From: Gammaproteobacteria bacterium
GTDB lineage: Bacteria; Pseudomonadota; Gammaproteobacteria; JAADJB01
Reading direction: 5' to 3'
Length of the DNA stretch: 64,000 bases
Assembly: GCA_013151035.1 (NCBI GenBank)
Contig: JAADJB010000008.1
Span: 11,466 to 75,465, forward strand
A program made the translations under genes and the position numbers. The notes below the pieces were generated by a model, which saw only the letters and a list, made by a program, of their open reading frames with translations, made no database searches and had not been told where the DNA came from. Positions within the stretch are counted from its first letter, which is position 1. The number at the start of each line of letters is the position of its first letter. Of this stretch, positions 50,617 through 60,607 are shown piece after piece.

Positions 50617-52803
50617 ATGAAGCTGACTGATAACGAGATCAGGGATATCAATCGTCATCTTGAGACGGGTAAGCCGTTGCCGGAGAAGTATCGGTTTTTG
50701 CTGTTCGAGGACAAGAAAGAAGTCGAGCTGGTGTGGAATGGCAAGAGTGGTGATGTCTGTAATGTGGTGTTACCGTTCCAGGTGATTGAGCAGGTGGATG
50801 AGCCTCGGGCGGAAGCGGTTGTTGAATTGCAATCGGATTTGTTTGATATACAGACAGGTCGGCAGGTTACTGGCTGGAACAACAAGTTAATCTGGGGTGA
50901 TAACAAGTTGATCTTGTCGTCCCTGAAAAATGGGCCGTTGCGAGAGGAGATTGAGGCGCAGGGTGGTATTAAGCTGATCTACATTGACCCACCGTTTGAT
51001 GTGGGGGCGGATTTCAGTATGGATATTGAGATCGGTGGTGAGACGCTGACCAAAAAACCCAATGTACTGGAGGAGATTGCCTATCGGGATACCTGGGGCA
51101 AGGGGGCGGATTCATTTATTAGTATGATCTATGAACGGCTAGTGTTGATGCGCGATCTATTGGCAGAGGATGGCAGTATCTATGTGCATTGTGATTGGCG
51201 GGTGAATAGTTATATTCGATTGGTCTTGGATGAGGTGTTTGGGAAGAAATATTTTAGGAATGAGGTTGTTTGGAAAAGGCAATCACCTAGTAGCAGTAAA
51301 GCAAGAGCAAAAAAATTCAGTGCGGATCACGATACAATTTTGGTTTTTTCTAAAAATGAAAGCCCATTATTTCATCCAATATATGGGGAATATCCAAAAG
51401 AAGAAATAGAAAAAAGATTTCGTCAATCTGATCAACGAGGAAGATACAAGGATGCCGAGTTAGCCACATATTCAAAAGAAACATTTGAAAGATTAAAGAA
51501 AGAAGGTAGATTGATTGTTACAAAAGGGGGGAAATATCGATATAAAATTTATCTTCGTGATATCAAAGGTGTATTGATTGATACTTTATGGATAAATATA
51601 CCACCAGTCAATTCTCAGGCAATAGAGTCTACTGGTTATGCAACCCAAAAACCCGAAGCTCTGTTAGAACGCATCATCAAAGCCTCCTCTAATGAAGGCG
51701 ACATCATTGCTGATTTCTTTTGTGGCTCTGGTACCACTGCCGCCGTTGCCGAAAAGCTGGGTCGCAAATGGATCGTCTCCGATCTCGGAAAATTCGCCAT
51801 CCATACCACCCGTAAGCGTATGATCGGCGTACAGCGTCAACTAAAGGCTGAGGACAAAAGCTGGCGCGCTTTCGAGATTCTTAATCTGGGTAAATATGAA
51901 CGCCAGCACTATATTGGCATTAATCCTGATCTGCGCGAAGAGGAAAAGCAACAACAACTGGAGGCCAAAGAGAAGGATTTCCTGAATCTTATCCTCCATG
52001 CCTATCGTGCTGAGGCAGTAAATCAGTTTAATAGCTTTCAGGGTAAGAAGGCAGGCAGACTGGTGGCAGTGGGGCCGGTTAATCTGCCGGTGACGCGTTT
52101 GTTTGTCGAAGAGGTTATTCTGGAGTGTCGACAGAAGCATATTACCAAGGTGGATATCCTGGGTTTTGAGTTTGAGATGGGGCTGTTTCCCAATATTCAG
52201 GAAGAGGCGAAGGGTAAGGGAATCGATCTTGCGATGAAATACATCCCACGTGATGTATTTGATAAGCGGGCAATCGAGAAGAACCAGGTGGTATTCCATG
52301 ATGTGTCGTTTATTGAGGTGAAGCCGCACCTGGGTAAGGGCAAGAATAAGCACCAGATTGCCATTGAACTAACTGATTTCTCAGTATTTTATTCCCAGGA
52401 TGCAGCAAGTGCCGATACCAGCCTGAAAAACAGGAAATCGAAGGTGATTGTGGATCAGGGTCTGGTGGTCAAGATCAGCAAGGATAAGGATGGTATTATC
52501 ACTCGTGAGGTCTTGACCAAGGTATGGACGGACTGGATTGATTACTGGTCGGTGGATTTTGATTTTGAATCCAAGCAAGAGATTCTTCGGGTCAGGAATG
52601 AGGAGAGTGGTGAGACCGAGGCAGTCTGGACGGGTGATTATGTGTTTGAGAATGAGTGGCAATCCTTCCGTACCAAAAAAGACCGCTCGCTGGAACTGAA
52701 AAGTGCGTTTATGGAGTGTATGCCGGGTCGTCGGAAGGTGGCTGTGAAGGTGGTGGATATCTTTGGTAATGATACGATGAAGATTATTGAGGTGACAATA
52801 TGA
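50617..52803 (+). CDS. mod: Type III restriction-modification Mod subunit (beta-class N6-adenine DNA methyltransferase)
   Basis: Characteristic Type III Mod N-terminus (..[32 protein letters not shown]). Motif IV DPPF (LIYIDPPFD) precedes motif I FCGSGTT, the beta-class order. The region between them is the expected target-recognition domain. Confidence 0.8.
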   Translation: MKLTDNEIRDINRHLETGKPLPEKYRFLLFEDKKEVELVWNGKSGDVCNVVLPFQVIEQVDEPRAEAVVELQSDLFDIQTGRQVTGWNNKLIWGDNKLILSSLKNGPLREEIEAQGGIKLIYIDPPFDVGADFSMDIEIGGETLTKKPNVLEEIAYRDTWGKGADSFISMIYERLVLMRDLLAEDGSIYVHCDWRVNSYIRLVLDEVFGKKYFRNEVVWKRQSPSSSKARAKKFSADHDTILVFSKNESPLFHPIYGEYPKEEIEKRFRQSDQRGRYKDAELATYSKETFERLKKEGRLIVTKGGKYRYKIYLRDIKGVLIDTLWINIPPVNSQAIESTGYATQKPEALLERIIKASSNEGDIIADFFCGSGTTAAVAEKLGRKWIVSDLGKFAIHTTRKRMIGVQRQLKAEDKSWRAFEILNLGKYERQHYIGINPDLREEEKQQQLEAKEKDFLNLILHAYRAEAVNQFNSFQGKKAGRLVAVGPVNLPVTRLFVEEVILECRQKHITKVDILGFEFEMGLFPNIQEEAKGKGIDLAMKYIPRDVFDKRAIEKNQVVFHDVSFIEVKPHLGKGKNKHQIAIELTDFSVFYSQDAASADTSLKNRKSKVIVDQGLVVKISKDKDGIITREVLTKVWTDWIDYWSVDFDFESKQEILRVRNEESGETEAVWTGDYVFENEWQSFRTKKDRSLELKSAFMECMPGRRKVAVKVVDIFGNDTMKIIEVTI

Positions 52804-53696
52804 CAGCGCTAAAGACTCCTAAATTCTATCGACAGCGTTTTTTGTTGTTATTGTTGGAAATGGCAGGAGGTTGCTTGTCGAAAATGGATTTTCAGAAATT
52901 ACTATTTTTGTCACAAAAAGAAGCAGGGTTTTCGTATTACGATTTTGTTCCCTACCACTATGGCTGTTATTCTTTTCAGGCACAGTCTGATATTGAGTTG
53001 CTGGGATCATTGGGTTGGTTGGAGGAGAATTCAAAGAGTATTAATTTACTTGCGAAACCAGGTGATTGTTTAAAAAGTGGTGAGCTGGATGTGATTAATC
53101 AATTTACAAAACAATTTAAAGAATACCGTGGTCGAAAACTGGTTACTTATGTATATGAACGCTATCCTTATTATGCTACGCGTAGCAAGATTGCTACTGA
53201 GATACTGGATGAAATATCATACAGGAAGGTTAGTGCAGAAAGAAATAAGTTAATTGGTAAAGATAAAGTCATTTATACCATTGGTTATGAGGGGCTTTCG
53301 TTTGAGTCTTATGTTAATCAATTGCTTAAAAGTGATGTGCGCTTATTATGTGATGTTCGTAAAAATCCGTTAAGTCGGAAGTTTGGTTTTTCCAAGGGTG
53401 TCCTTAGCCGGCTACTGCCAAAATTGGGTGTTAATTATTTACACATACCTGATCTTGGAATACGGTCGGATATGCGTCAGGAATTAAATTCGGAAGAGGA
53501 TTACAAAAAACTTTTCAGGGCTTATGTGCGGACATTGCCTCAAAAGATGGGGAGTTTGCAATTACTGAAAAGTTTACTCAATGAGCATCAAAGAATTGCA
53601 CTGACCTGTTATGAAAAGGAACATCATTCTTGTCACCGTCACTGTGTTACTGACTATTTGGAGAATAAGAGTAATATCAGGGTGCGTCATATATGA
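52800..53696 (+). CDS. two-domain protein: N-terminal Panacea-like (DUF4065/SocA-like) domain fused to C-terminal DUF488
   Basis: ATGA overlap with mod. N-terminal [40 protein letters not shown] resembles the Panacea consensus (KLqKLlY...GPy). C-terminal [36 protein letters not shown] matches the DUF488 signature (TIGhs..DVR..P.S...GI.Y.h...LG). Confidence 0.5.
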   Translation: MTALKTPKFYRQRFLLLLLEMAGGCLSKMDFQKLLFLSQKEAGFSYYDFVPYHYGCYSFQAQSDIELLGSLGWLEENSKSINLLAKPGDCLKSGELDVINQFTKQFKEYRGRKLVTYVYERYPYYATRSKIATEILDEISYRKVSAERNKLIGKDKVIYTIGYEGLSFESYVNQLLKSDVRLLCDVRKNPLSRKFGFSKGVLSRLLPKLGVNYLHIPDLGIRSDMRQELNSEEDYKKLFRAYVRTLPQKMGSLQLLKSLLNEHQRIALTCYEKEHHSCHRHCVTDYLENKSNIRVRHI

Positions 53697-54523
53697 GCAG
53701 GATGCGAAAAGTATTTATAACTGTTAAAACATACCCAACACTTTCAAAAAAATATGCCGAACTGGTTTGTACAGCAGGTATCCTTGATGATGGAAGTTGG
53801 GTTCGTATTTATCCATTGCCATTTAGAAAGCTGGATTATGAAAAAAGATACAAAAAATATCAATGGATGGAATTGCCGCTTATTAAAAATGAGAGTGATC
53901 CTCGTCCAGAAAGTTACAGGGTAATTGATATTGATCAAGTAAAAATAGTCGGTGATCCTGTAGATACAAAACAGGGATGGCTCGAACGAAAAAATATAGT
54001 CTTTGGCAAGAATAAGACTTATTTAGATTTGGATGATCTTATTGAGAAGGCTAGTAATAATGAGCTTTCAATGGCTGTTTTCAAGCCAACTAAAATACTG
54101 GATTTGGTGATAGAAGAAGTTGACCGTGAATGGAGTAGTGAAAGTTTGGATCTTCTTAAAGCCAAAGCTAAGCAATTATCCTTGTTTCAGACAGAAGAGG
54201 AGTTAAAAAAAGAATTTTTAATTGTTGATAAATTGCCGTACAAGTTTTCATATCGATTTGAGGATTGCAAGGGAAAGCAAAGTAAATTGATGATTGAAGA
54301 CTGGGAAATAGGCATGTTGTACTGGAATTGTTTGAAACAGACAGGAAATAATGAAAGTGAAGCACTAGAACTGGTGCGAAAAAAATATATCGATGAGTTT
54401 TCTAATAAGGATTTGTTTTTATTTTTGGGTACAACCAGGCAATTCCATGGTTGGGCTAAAAATCCGTTTGTAATTATCGGGGTATTTTACCCTCCGATTG
54501 ATAATCAGATTTCTTTTTTATAG
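53693..54523 (+). CDS. hypothetical protein (276 aa) translationally coupled between the DUF488 fusion gene and res
   Basis: ATGA overlap upstream. Ends 11 nt before the res RBS. No recognisable domain. Confidence 0.45.
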   Translation: MSRMRKVFITVKTYPTLSKKYAELVCTAGILDDGSWVRIYPLPFRKLDYEKRYKKYQWMELPLIKNESDPRPESYRVIDIDQVKIVGDPVDTKQGWLERKNIVFGKNKTYLDLDDLIEKASNNELSMAVFKPTKILDLVIEEVDREWSSESLDLLKAKAKQLSLFQTEEELKKEFLIVDKLPYKFSYRFEDCKGKQSKLMIEDWEIGMLYWNCLKQTGNNESEALELVRKKYIDEFSNKDLFLFLGTTRQFHGWAKNPFVIIGVFYPPIDNQISFL

Positions 54524-54534
54524 GGAGGTCAATA

Positions 54535-57219
54535 ATGGCTCTGCATCCTGATTTTCCGGATTCGCCCCATGTTATTCTTGAACCGGATATTCGCTGGTTT
54601 CCTGCTGATGAAGCCCTGCGTGAATCCTCTTATGAGAAATTATTACCACCACTGGTACATAAGTTACGCAGGAAGGTTCAGTTATGGCGTGAGACAGGTT
54701 ATGAGGGTGCGTCCCCTACTAGCATTCATCTTTTGAACTGGTGGTTTGAGCGTGAGCATCTAATGCCAAAGTCCGATGGTTCTATGTCCACGTTTCAGTA
54801 TTACTTTGCCCAACGCGAGGCAGTGGAAACGGTGGTTTATCTTTATGATGTGGTCAAGGTAAAGGATAAATATGATCTGATCCGGTTTGATTCATCCGGT
54901 GCGGTATCAGCGGGTATGTTTGATGAGGCATGGCGGCGCTTTGTAATCAAGATGGCTACAGGTTCGGGTAAGACCAAGGTAATGAGTTTGATCCTCGCAT
55001 GGAGTTATTTTCATAAGATGTATGAAGATGATTCTGAACTGGCGCGTAACTTTCTGTTGATTACTCCGAATATCATTGTGCTGGATCGTATTCGTACGGA
55101 TTTTGATGGCCTGCGTATCTTCTTCGAAGACCCTGTGCTGCCCGATAATGGTTATGAAGGTTACAACTGGCGTGATGATTTTCAACTGACCCTGCATATT
55201 CAGGATGAGGTCAATATTACCCGAAAGATTGGCAATATCTTCCTAACCAATATTCATCGGGTTTATTCAGGTAATGATATCGAACCATCGGCGGATGATG
55301 ACGATACCATGGATTACTTTTTAGGTAAGAGGCCGGTTGGAAAGACCACTGATTCAAAGGTTGATCTGGGGGATATTGTCAGGGATATTGATGAGCTGGT
55401 CGTGCTGAATGATGAGGCACATCATATCCATGACAGTCGTTTAGCCTGGTTTAAGTCAATTGAGGATATTCATCATCGTTTGCAGCATAAAGATCGTTCT
55501 CTTTCACTGCAAATTGATGTGACTGCAACACCCAAGCACAATAATGGGGCTATCTTTGTGCAGACAGTATCTGATTATCCCTTGGTTGAGGCCATTGCGC
55601 AGAATGTGGTGAAACACCCTGTGTTGCCTGATTCTGCCAGCCGTACTAAATTGTCTGAGCGACAAAGCTCGCGTTATACCGAGAAATACGCAGATTATTT
55701 GCATCTGGGGGTTGAGGAATGGCGTAAGGCATACGGTGAGCATAAAAAACTGGAGAAGAAGGCTATCCTCTTTGTGATGACAGATGACACCAAAAATTGT
55801 GATGATGTTGCTGAGTATCTTGAGACTACCTATCCTGAGCTAAAAGATGCAGTGCTGGTCATTCATACCAGGAATAATGGTGAGGTCAGCGAGGCTGCTA
55901 GTGGCAAGAAAAAAGAGGAGCTGGAACTATTACGCAAACAGTCCAATGCGATTGATAGCTGGGAGAGTCCCTACAAGGCTATCGTTTCCGTGCTGATGTT
56001 GAAAGAGGGTTGGGATGTCAGGAATGTCACCACCATTGTGGGTCTGCGTGCTTATGGAGCCAAAAGCAATATTCTGCCAGAGCAGACCTTGGGACGCGGG
56101 CTGCGCAGAATGTATCCCGGCAATGAGGTGGAAGAATATGTCAGTGTCGTCGGTACCGATGCCTTTATGGACTTTGTTGAGTCTATTCAGTCTGAAGGTG
56201 TGGAACTTGAGCATAAGGCTATGGGTGAGGGCACTAAACCAAAAACACCGATTATTGTTGAGGTGGATAATGAAAATACCAGTAAGGATATTGAACTGCT
56301 TGATATTGAGATTCCGGTATTAACAGCAAGAATCTATCGAGAGTACAAAAACCTTGAGGATCTGGATGTCAGTTGCTTTGACTACAAGAAGGTGAAATAT
56401 AGATCCTTTAGTGAAGAAGATATGCGAGAGATTGTGTTCAAGTATGTGACCAGTAATGAGATCAGTCATACGACCTTGCTGGATTCCTGTGTGGTGACGG
56501 ATTATCGCTCTGTTATTGGTTATTTTGCTCAAATTATCATGAAGGATTTACGCCTGGTCAGTGGTTATGATGCGTTATATGGAAGGGTGAAATCCTTTAT
56601 TCAGAATGACTTGTTCGAAACAGAGATTGATCTTGATAGTATGAACACCCTGCGTAATCTATCGGAGTTAGAGGCGAGCAAAACACTGGTTGAGACCTTT
56701 AAGAAGCAGATTAATGCGCTTACGGTTCGAGATAAAGGTGATGCGGAGATCAAGGATTATATCAAGTTAAGGAAGACCCGCCCATTTGTGGTTAAGGAAC
56801 AGGGCTACCTTATTCCTAACAAAAGTATCTTTAACAAGATTATCGGTGATAGTCATCTGGAGCTGCAATTTGCCGCCTTTCTTGAAGGTTGTGAAGATAT
56901 TATTTCTTACGTAAAAAACTATCTGGCTGTACATTTTCAGATTGATTACGTTAATGCCGATGGCAATATTTCAAATTATTATCCTGACTTTATTGTTAAG
57001 TGCTCTTCAAGCTCAGTAATTATTGTAGAAACCAAGGGGCTTGAGGATCTTGATGTACCCCTTAAGATGGAGCGATTACGCGAGTGGTGTGTCGATGTTA
57101 ACAAAGCACAATCGGTTATTCATTATGATTATGTATTTGTTGATGAGGAAGGTTTTAATCAATATCAGCCTAAAACCTTTCAGACATTGATGTCAGGTTT
57201 CAGGGGATATAAGGCTTAA
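54535..57219 (+). CDS. res: Type III restriction enzyme Res subunit (SF2 helicase plus C-terminal PD-(D/E)xK nuclease)
   Basis: RBS gggagg. Helicase motif I MATGSGKTKV, motif II LNDEAHHI, motif VI QTLGRGLRR. C-terminal nuclease motif YYPDF...IIVETKG. Confidence 0.8.
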   Translation: MALHPDFPDSPHVILEPDIRWFPADEALRESSYEKLLPPLVHKLRRKVQLWRETGYEGASPTSIHLLNWWFEREHLMPKSDGSMSTFQYYFAQREAVETVVYLYDVVKVKDKYDLIRFDSSGAVSAGMFDEAWRRFVIKMATGSGKTKVMSLILAWSYFHKMYEDDSELARNFLLITPNIIVLDRIRTDFDGLRIFFEDPVLPDNGYEGYNWRDDFQLTLHIQDEVNITRKIGNIFLTNIHRVYSGNDIEPSADDDDTMDYFLGKRPVGKTTDSKVDLGDIVRDIDELVVLNDEAHHIHDSRLAWFKSIEDIHHRLQHKDRSLSLQIDVTATPKHNNGAIFVQTVSDYPLVEAIAQNVVKHPVLPDSASRTKLSERQSSRYTEKYADYLHLGVEEWRKAYGEHKKLEKKAILFVMTDDTKNCDDVAEYLETTYPELKDAVLVIHTRNNGEVSEAASGKKKEELELLRKQSNAIDSWESPYKAIVSVLMLKEGWDVRNVTTIVGLRAYGAKSNILPEQTLGRGLRRMYPGNEVEEYVSVVGTDAFMDFVESIQSEGVELEHKAMGEGTKPKTPIIVEVDNENTSKDIELLDIEIPVLTARIYREYKNLEDLDVSCFDYKKVKYRSFSEEDMREIVFKYVTSNEISHTTLLDSCVVTDYRSVIGYFAQIIMKDLRLVSGYDALYGRVKSFIQNDLFETEIDLDSMNTLRNLSELEASKTLVETFKKQINALTVRDKGDAEIKDYIKLRKTRPFVVKEQGYLIPNKSIFNKIIGDSHLELQFAAFLEGCEDIISYVKNYLAVHFQIDYVNADGNISNYYPDFIVKCSSSSVIIVETKGLEDLDVPLKMERLREWCVDVNKAQSVIHYDYVFVDEEGFNQYQPKTFQTLMSGFRGYKA

Positions 57220-57285
57220 TATCGGTATTTTGTATTTATGTAGCAATATGCTACAATATAGGTCGTATTGTAGCGAGGTGTACTG

Positions 57286-57678
57286 ATGTCGACTCCACTC
57301 AGGGTAAATGACCGTCTTTTTAAGGATGCCGAGGCGGAGGGTTCTTTAATGAATCGCTCAACAGCCAAGCAGGTTGAGTTTTGGGCCGAGCTAGGCAGAC
57401 GTGTAGCTCCTTCGGTATCACCCGCAAATATGCTGGCATTGATGCAGGGGATTGCACAGGTGCATATTGAGATACCTGACTTACAGCCGGTAAATCCTGA
57501 TCATGTTTTCGATGTGGTTGATAAAGCCAGTGCATCGGGTTTACTGGGTCAGCAGATTACACAGGGTGGCTTGTATTATGAGGTGAGTAAAACCCAACCA
57601 GGGTTGCTGGATCAGGTTATGCCCGATGGGCAACGCCTTGCGGGACGTTTCAATAGTGGTTTATTTATCCCTGAATGA
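57286..57678 (+). CDS. ParD-like (PF11903-type) RHH antitoxin
   Basis: MSTPLRVNDRLFKDAEAEGSLMNRSTAKQVEFWAELGR N-terminus. ATGA overlap with the downstream zeta-like toxin. Confidence 0.6.
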   Translation: MSTPLRVNDRLFKDAEAEGSLMNRSTAKQVEFWAELGRRVAPSVSPANMLALMQGIAQVHIEIPDLQPVNPDHVFDVVDKASASGLLGQQITQGGLYYEVSKTQPGLLDQVMPDGQRLAGRFNSGLFIPE

Positions 57679-58259
57679 ATGTGGATAAACAGCTTTGGTT
57701 ATTAGCGGGTGGTAACGGAGCAGGTAAATCAACCTTCTACCAACAGTTTTTGGCAACAACGGAATTACCCTTTATCAATGCCGATATACTTGCCCGGCAA
57801 CTTGATGCTGAGAATAGCGAAGCGATTAGTTATAAGGCAGCAAGGCTAGCTGAAAAACTACGAACGGATTTATTACAATCAGGTGTCAGTTTTTGTTTTG
57901 AAACGGTTTTCTCTCATCCATCAAAGATTGATTTTTTAGCACAAGCAAAATCATTGGGCTATGAGATTATTTTGGTTTATATCCATCTACAAACAGATGA
58001 ATTGAACCAGGCGCGTGTTATGCAACGTGTGAAACAGGGTGGGCATAATGTGCCTATGGATAAGATTATTAGTCGTATCCCAAGAACAATGTCCTATGTT
58101 AGTGATGCATTGCCTCTGGTTAACCGGGCGGTATTTTATGATAATTCATTACACAGCCAGCCATTTTTATCCGTGGCATCGCTGTTTGCAGGGCAGTTGC
58201 AGAAGCATGTGAAGCCATTACCTGATTGGGCGGAGAAGATGTTGGTGAATTACATTTGA
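57675..58259 (+). CDS. zeta-toxin-like P-loop kinase (AAA/zeta family) toxin
   Basis: Walker A LLAGGNGAGKST and zeta/PezT-like fold length (194 aa). Paired with the upstream ParD-like gene. Confidence 0.7.
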   Translation: MNVDKQLWLLAGGNGAGKSTFYQQFLATTELPFINADILARQLDAENSEAISYKAARLAEKLRTDLLQSGVSFCFETVFSHPSKIDFLAQAKSLGYEIILVYIHLQTDELNQARVMQRVKQGGHNVPMDKIISRIPRTMSYVSDALPLVNRAVFYDNSLHSQPFLSVASLFAGQLQKHVKPLPDWAEKMLVNYI

Positions 58260-58933
58260 TTGCGGTTTTTTCTGATTCCAAACAGCCCGATTAAACCCGA
58301 GATCAAAAGCCAGGCGCTTGCGGGCAGGGGTACAATTGCTAAACCATATTGTATGTGATCAACTTCTATGTTGTTGACGCTCCCTCTATCCGAAATGAAT
58401 ATCTTTGATATACCGCCTGCATTGCTTACGCCGAGAAAGCGATCCTCAGCTGTCGTTCCATTAAAACTGTAATCACCTAAAGTAGCTGTCAAGACACCCA
58501 GAGAGGCTCCATTTTGATCAAATGCCTCAAAATCAACCAGGCTATTCGGTGTGCCATCGGTCCATACCAGGCCGGCTCGGGTTGGAAAACCACCAAGAAT
58601 ATTGGTGTCAAATGTAAAGGTCATACTCGTTGGGTCGTAAATACTGGTGGCATTGCCACCGTTACCGTTAATGACGCCATTGTCTATATCGACTGAATCA
58701 CCGGAAGGCCCTTTATAAATGATACCTTGATTAACGCTGAGCCCAGGGGTGTTCAGTTGCTGGTCTTCGAAGTCTTCCAGATAAAACCAGGAGAAAGTCT
58801 CTCCGGAAAAGGGGCTGTCACCTGAACTCAGATAGGGCGATGGCCCGAGTAATGCCGCTGATGTGACTGTGGACAAGATAAAAAGACAGAAACCTGTAAC
58901 GGTATTTATTAGGTGATGATATTTGCGTGTCAT
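58250..58933 (-). CDS. PEP-CTERM sorting-domain secreted protein
   Basis: Signal peptide. Gly/Asn-rich body. C-terminal VPLPASAWLLISGLIGLFGIRKNRNQM PEP-CTERM motif. Confidence 0.8.
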   Translation of the reverse strand: MTRKYHHLINTVTGFCLFILSTVTSAALLGPSPYLSSGDSPFSGETFSWFYLEDFEDQQLNTPGLSVNQGIIYKGPSGDSVDIDNGVINGNGGNATSIYDPTSMTFTFDTNILGGFPTRAGLVWTDGTPNSLVDFEAFDQNGASLGVLTATLGDYSFNGTTAEDRFLGVSNAGGISKIFISDRGSVNNIEVDHIQYGLAIVPLPASAWLLISGLIGLFGIRKNRNQM

Positions 58934-59020
58934 TGGGATATCCCCTTGATTATTCGTTTTTTATATGAGATCCATCTTCCAGTAAAAGTCTAGCTGATAT
59001 CGATTGTTTGTCAATTTCGC

Positions 59021-60568
59021 GTGGGTCTGTCATATAATTGTGTGATGGATATCCTTTTGTCTCAGCGTGAACCTGTAAAAAACCTGTTGGCACTGTTTAG
59101 CGGCCTGCTAATCCCATTGGCCTTTGCGCCTTATTCATACGGTCTGCTGGTGTTGCCTGCGCTGGCACTGTTTTTCTATCTGTTGGAGTCATGCTCGGCT
59201 CGGCAGGCTTTTGTGCGCGGTTGGTGTTTTGGTCTGGGTCTGTTTGGTGCCGGTCTGTACTGGGTTTATATCAGTATCCATTTTTATGGACATGTCGGTA
59301 TCTTTCTCAGTGTGGCAGTGACCTTTGCCATGGCGGCTCTGTTGGCATTATATCCGGCTATCTTTGCCTGGTTGGTGGTACGTTTCAAGCCGGTTATGCC
59401 CGGCCTTCGACTGGTACTGTTGATGCCGGCTGTCTGGTTATTAATGGAGTGGACTAAGGGCTGGTTGTTTACTGGTTTCCCCTGGTTGACCCTGGGTTAT
59501 ACGCAGATTGATACCGCGCTAGCGATGTATGCACCGATTGTCGGGGTCTATGGTCTGTCTCTTTTATTGGTGATGCAGGCAGGGGTGTTGACCTGGGTGC
59601 TGGTGGTGGGTCGTCGTGCTGTGTTAATGGGCGGGCTGATTTTCGCCTTGATTTGGCTGCCTGCCTTATTGTTCGATGAAGTGCAATGGACGCAGGCCTT
59701 GGGTGAACCGATAGCGGTGAGTCTGGTGCAGGGCAATGTTGATCAGAATGATAAATGGAATCCATCATTACGTGGGGAATTTATCAATCAATATCTTGAG
59801 ATGAGTCTGGGACATCTGGATAGTGACATTATCGTATGGCCAGAGACTGCCATCCCGGCCTTTTATCATCAGCTTGAATCTTCAGTGATTGCTGAACTGG
59901 ATCGTCTCGGCAAGAACTCTGGTACCAGTTTTCTAGTGGGTGTCCCGGTGCTGGATCAACAACGATGGGACTATTTTAATGCCGTTGTGGCACTGGGTCA
60001 GGGGCAAGGCACTTACTACAAAAATCATCTAGTGCCCTTTGGTGAATATCTACCTCTGCGGCAATGGCTTGGCACCTTATTACATTTTATGGATATCGAG
60101 ATGGGAGACTTCAGTCGGGGCGGGGTCTCACAACCATTGATTCAGGCCGCAGGTTTACCGGTGAGTGTGTCGATTTGTTACGAAGCGATCTTTGAAACGG
60201 AACGTCTGAGCGATCTGCCCGAGGCGGCCTTGTTAGTGAATGTGAGTAATGATGCCTGGTTTGCAGATTCATCTGCCCCGCATCAACATCTGGAGATGGT
60301 GCGTATGCGTGCGCTGGAGGCGGGACGTTGGGTGTTGCGTGCAACCAATACCGGGATTACGGCGATTATTGATGAACGGGGCAGGGTTGTAGCGCGTGCG
60401 CCACAGTTTGAGGTCTATGTGTTGGATGGACAGTTACAGCCGCGCAGTGGGGCAACCCCCTTTGTTATCTGGGGGAATATCCCTGTGTTGGTGTTGGTGG
60501 GGCTGATTTTGTTGGGTTGCGCGACAAGCCCACTGTTCAGGCTTTTCGGCATGAAGAAGGTTAGGTGA
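59021..60568 (+). CDS. lnt: apolipoprotein N-acyltransferase
   Basis: 515 aa. N-terminal multi-TM region plus a C-N hydrolase domain (E..K..C triad region ICYEAIF). Follows corC in gene order. Confidence 0.9.
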   Translation: MGLSYNCVMDILLSQREPVKNLLALFSGLLIPLAFAPYSYGLLVLPALALFFYLLESCSARQAFVRGWCFGLGLFGAGLYWVYISIHFYGHVGIFLSVAVTFAMAALLALYPAIFAWLVVRFKPVMPGLRLVLLMPAVWLLMEWTKGWLFTGFPWLTLGYTQIDTALAMYAPIVGVYGLSLLLVMQAGVLTWVLVVGRRAVLMGGLIFALIWLPALLFDEVQWTQALGEPIAVSLVQGNVDQNDKWNPSLRGEFINQYLEMSLGHLDSDIIVWPETAIPAFYHQLESSVIAELDRLGKNSGTSFLVGVPVLDQQRWDYFNAVVALGQGQGTYYKNHLVPFGEYLPLRQWLGTLLHFMDIEMGDFSRGGVSQPLIQAAGLPVSVSICYEAIFETERLSDLPEAALLVNVSNDAWFADSSAPHQHLEMVRMRALEAGRWVLRATNTGITAIIDERGRVVARAPQFEVYVLDGQLQPRSGATPFVIWGNIPVLVLVGLILLGCATSPLFRLFGMKKVR

Positions 60569-60574
60569 CAGACG

Positions 60575-60596
60575 GTAGGGTGTGTACCACGCACCA
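60575..60596. repeat. REP element (ggtagggtgtgtaccacgcacc)
   Basis: Same family. Lies between the convergent lnt and the YbeL-like gene. Confidence 0.7.
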
Positions 60597-60607
60597 TTGA
60601 GGAGACC

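Larger units (their letters stand above)
48800..59020. mobile_element. about 10.2 kb AT-rich genomic (defence) island inserted between corC and lnt
   Basis: corC and lnt are normally adjacent (ybeZYX-lnt operon). The intervening block has lower GC and encodes orphan ORFs, a Type III RM with extra genes, a zeta-toxin TA and a PEP-CTERM protein. No integrase, tRNA or obvious direct repeats were seen at the borders. Confidence 0.7.

Noticed and set aside
58934-59020. Possible att-like direct repeats at the island borders
   Set aside because: Inspection of 48799-48990 and 58934-59020 found no convincing repeat of 10 bp or more. This needs computational alignment before any claim.
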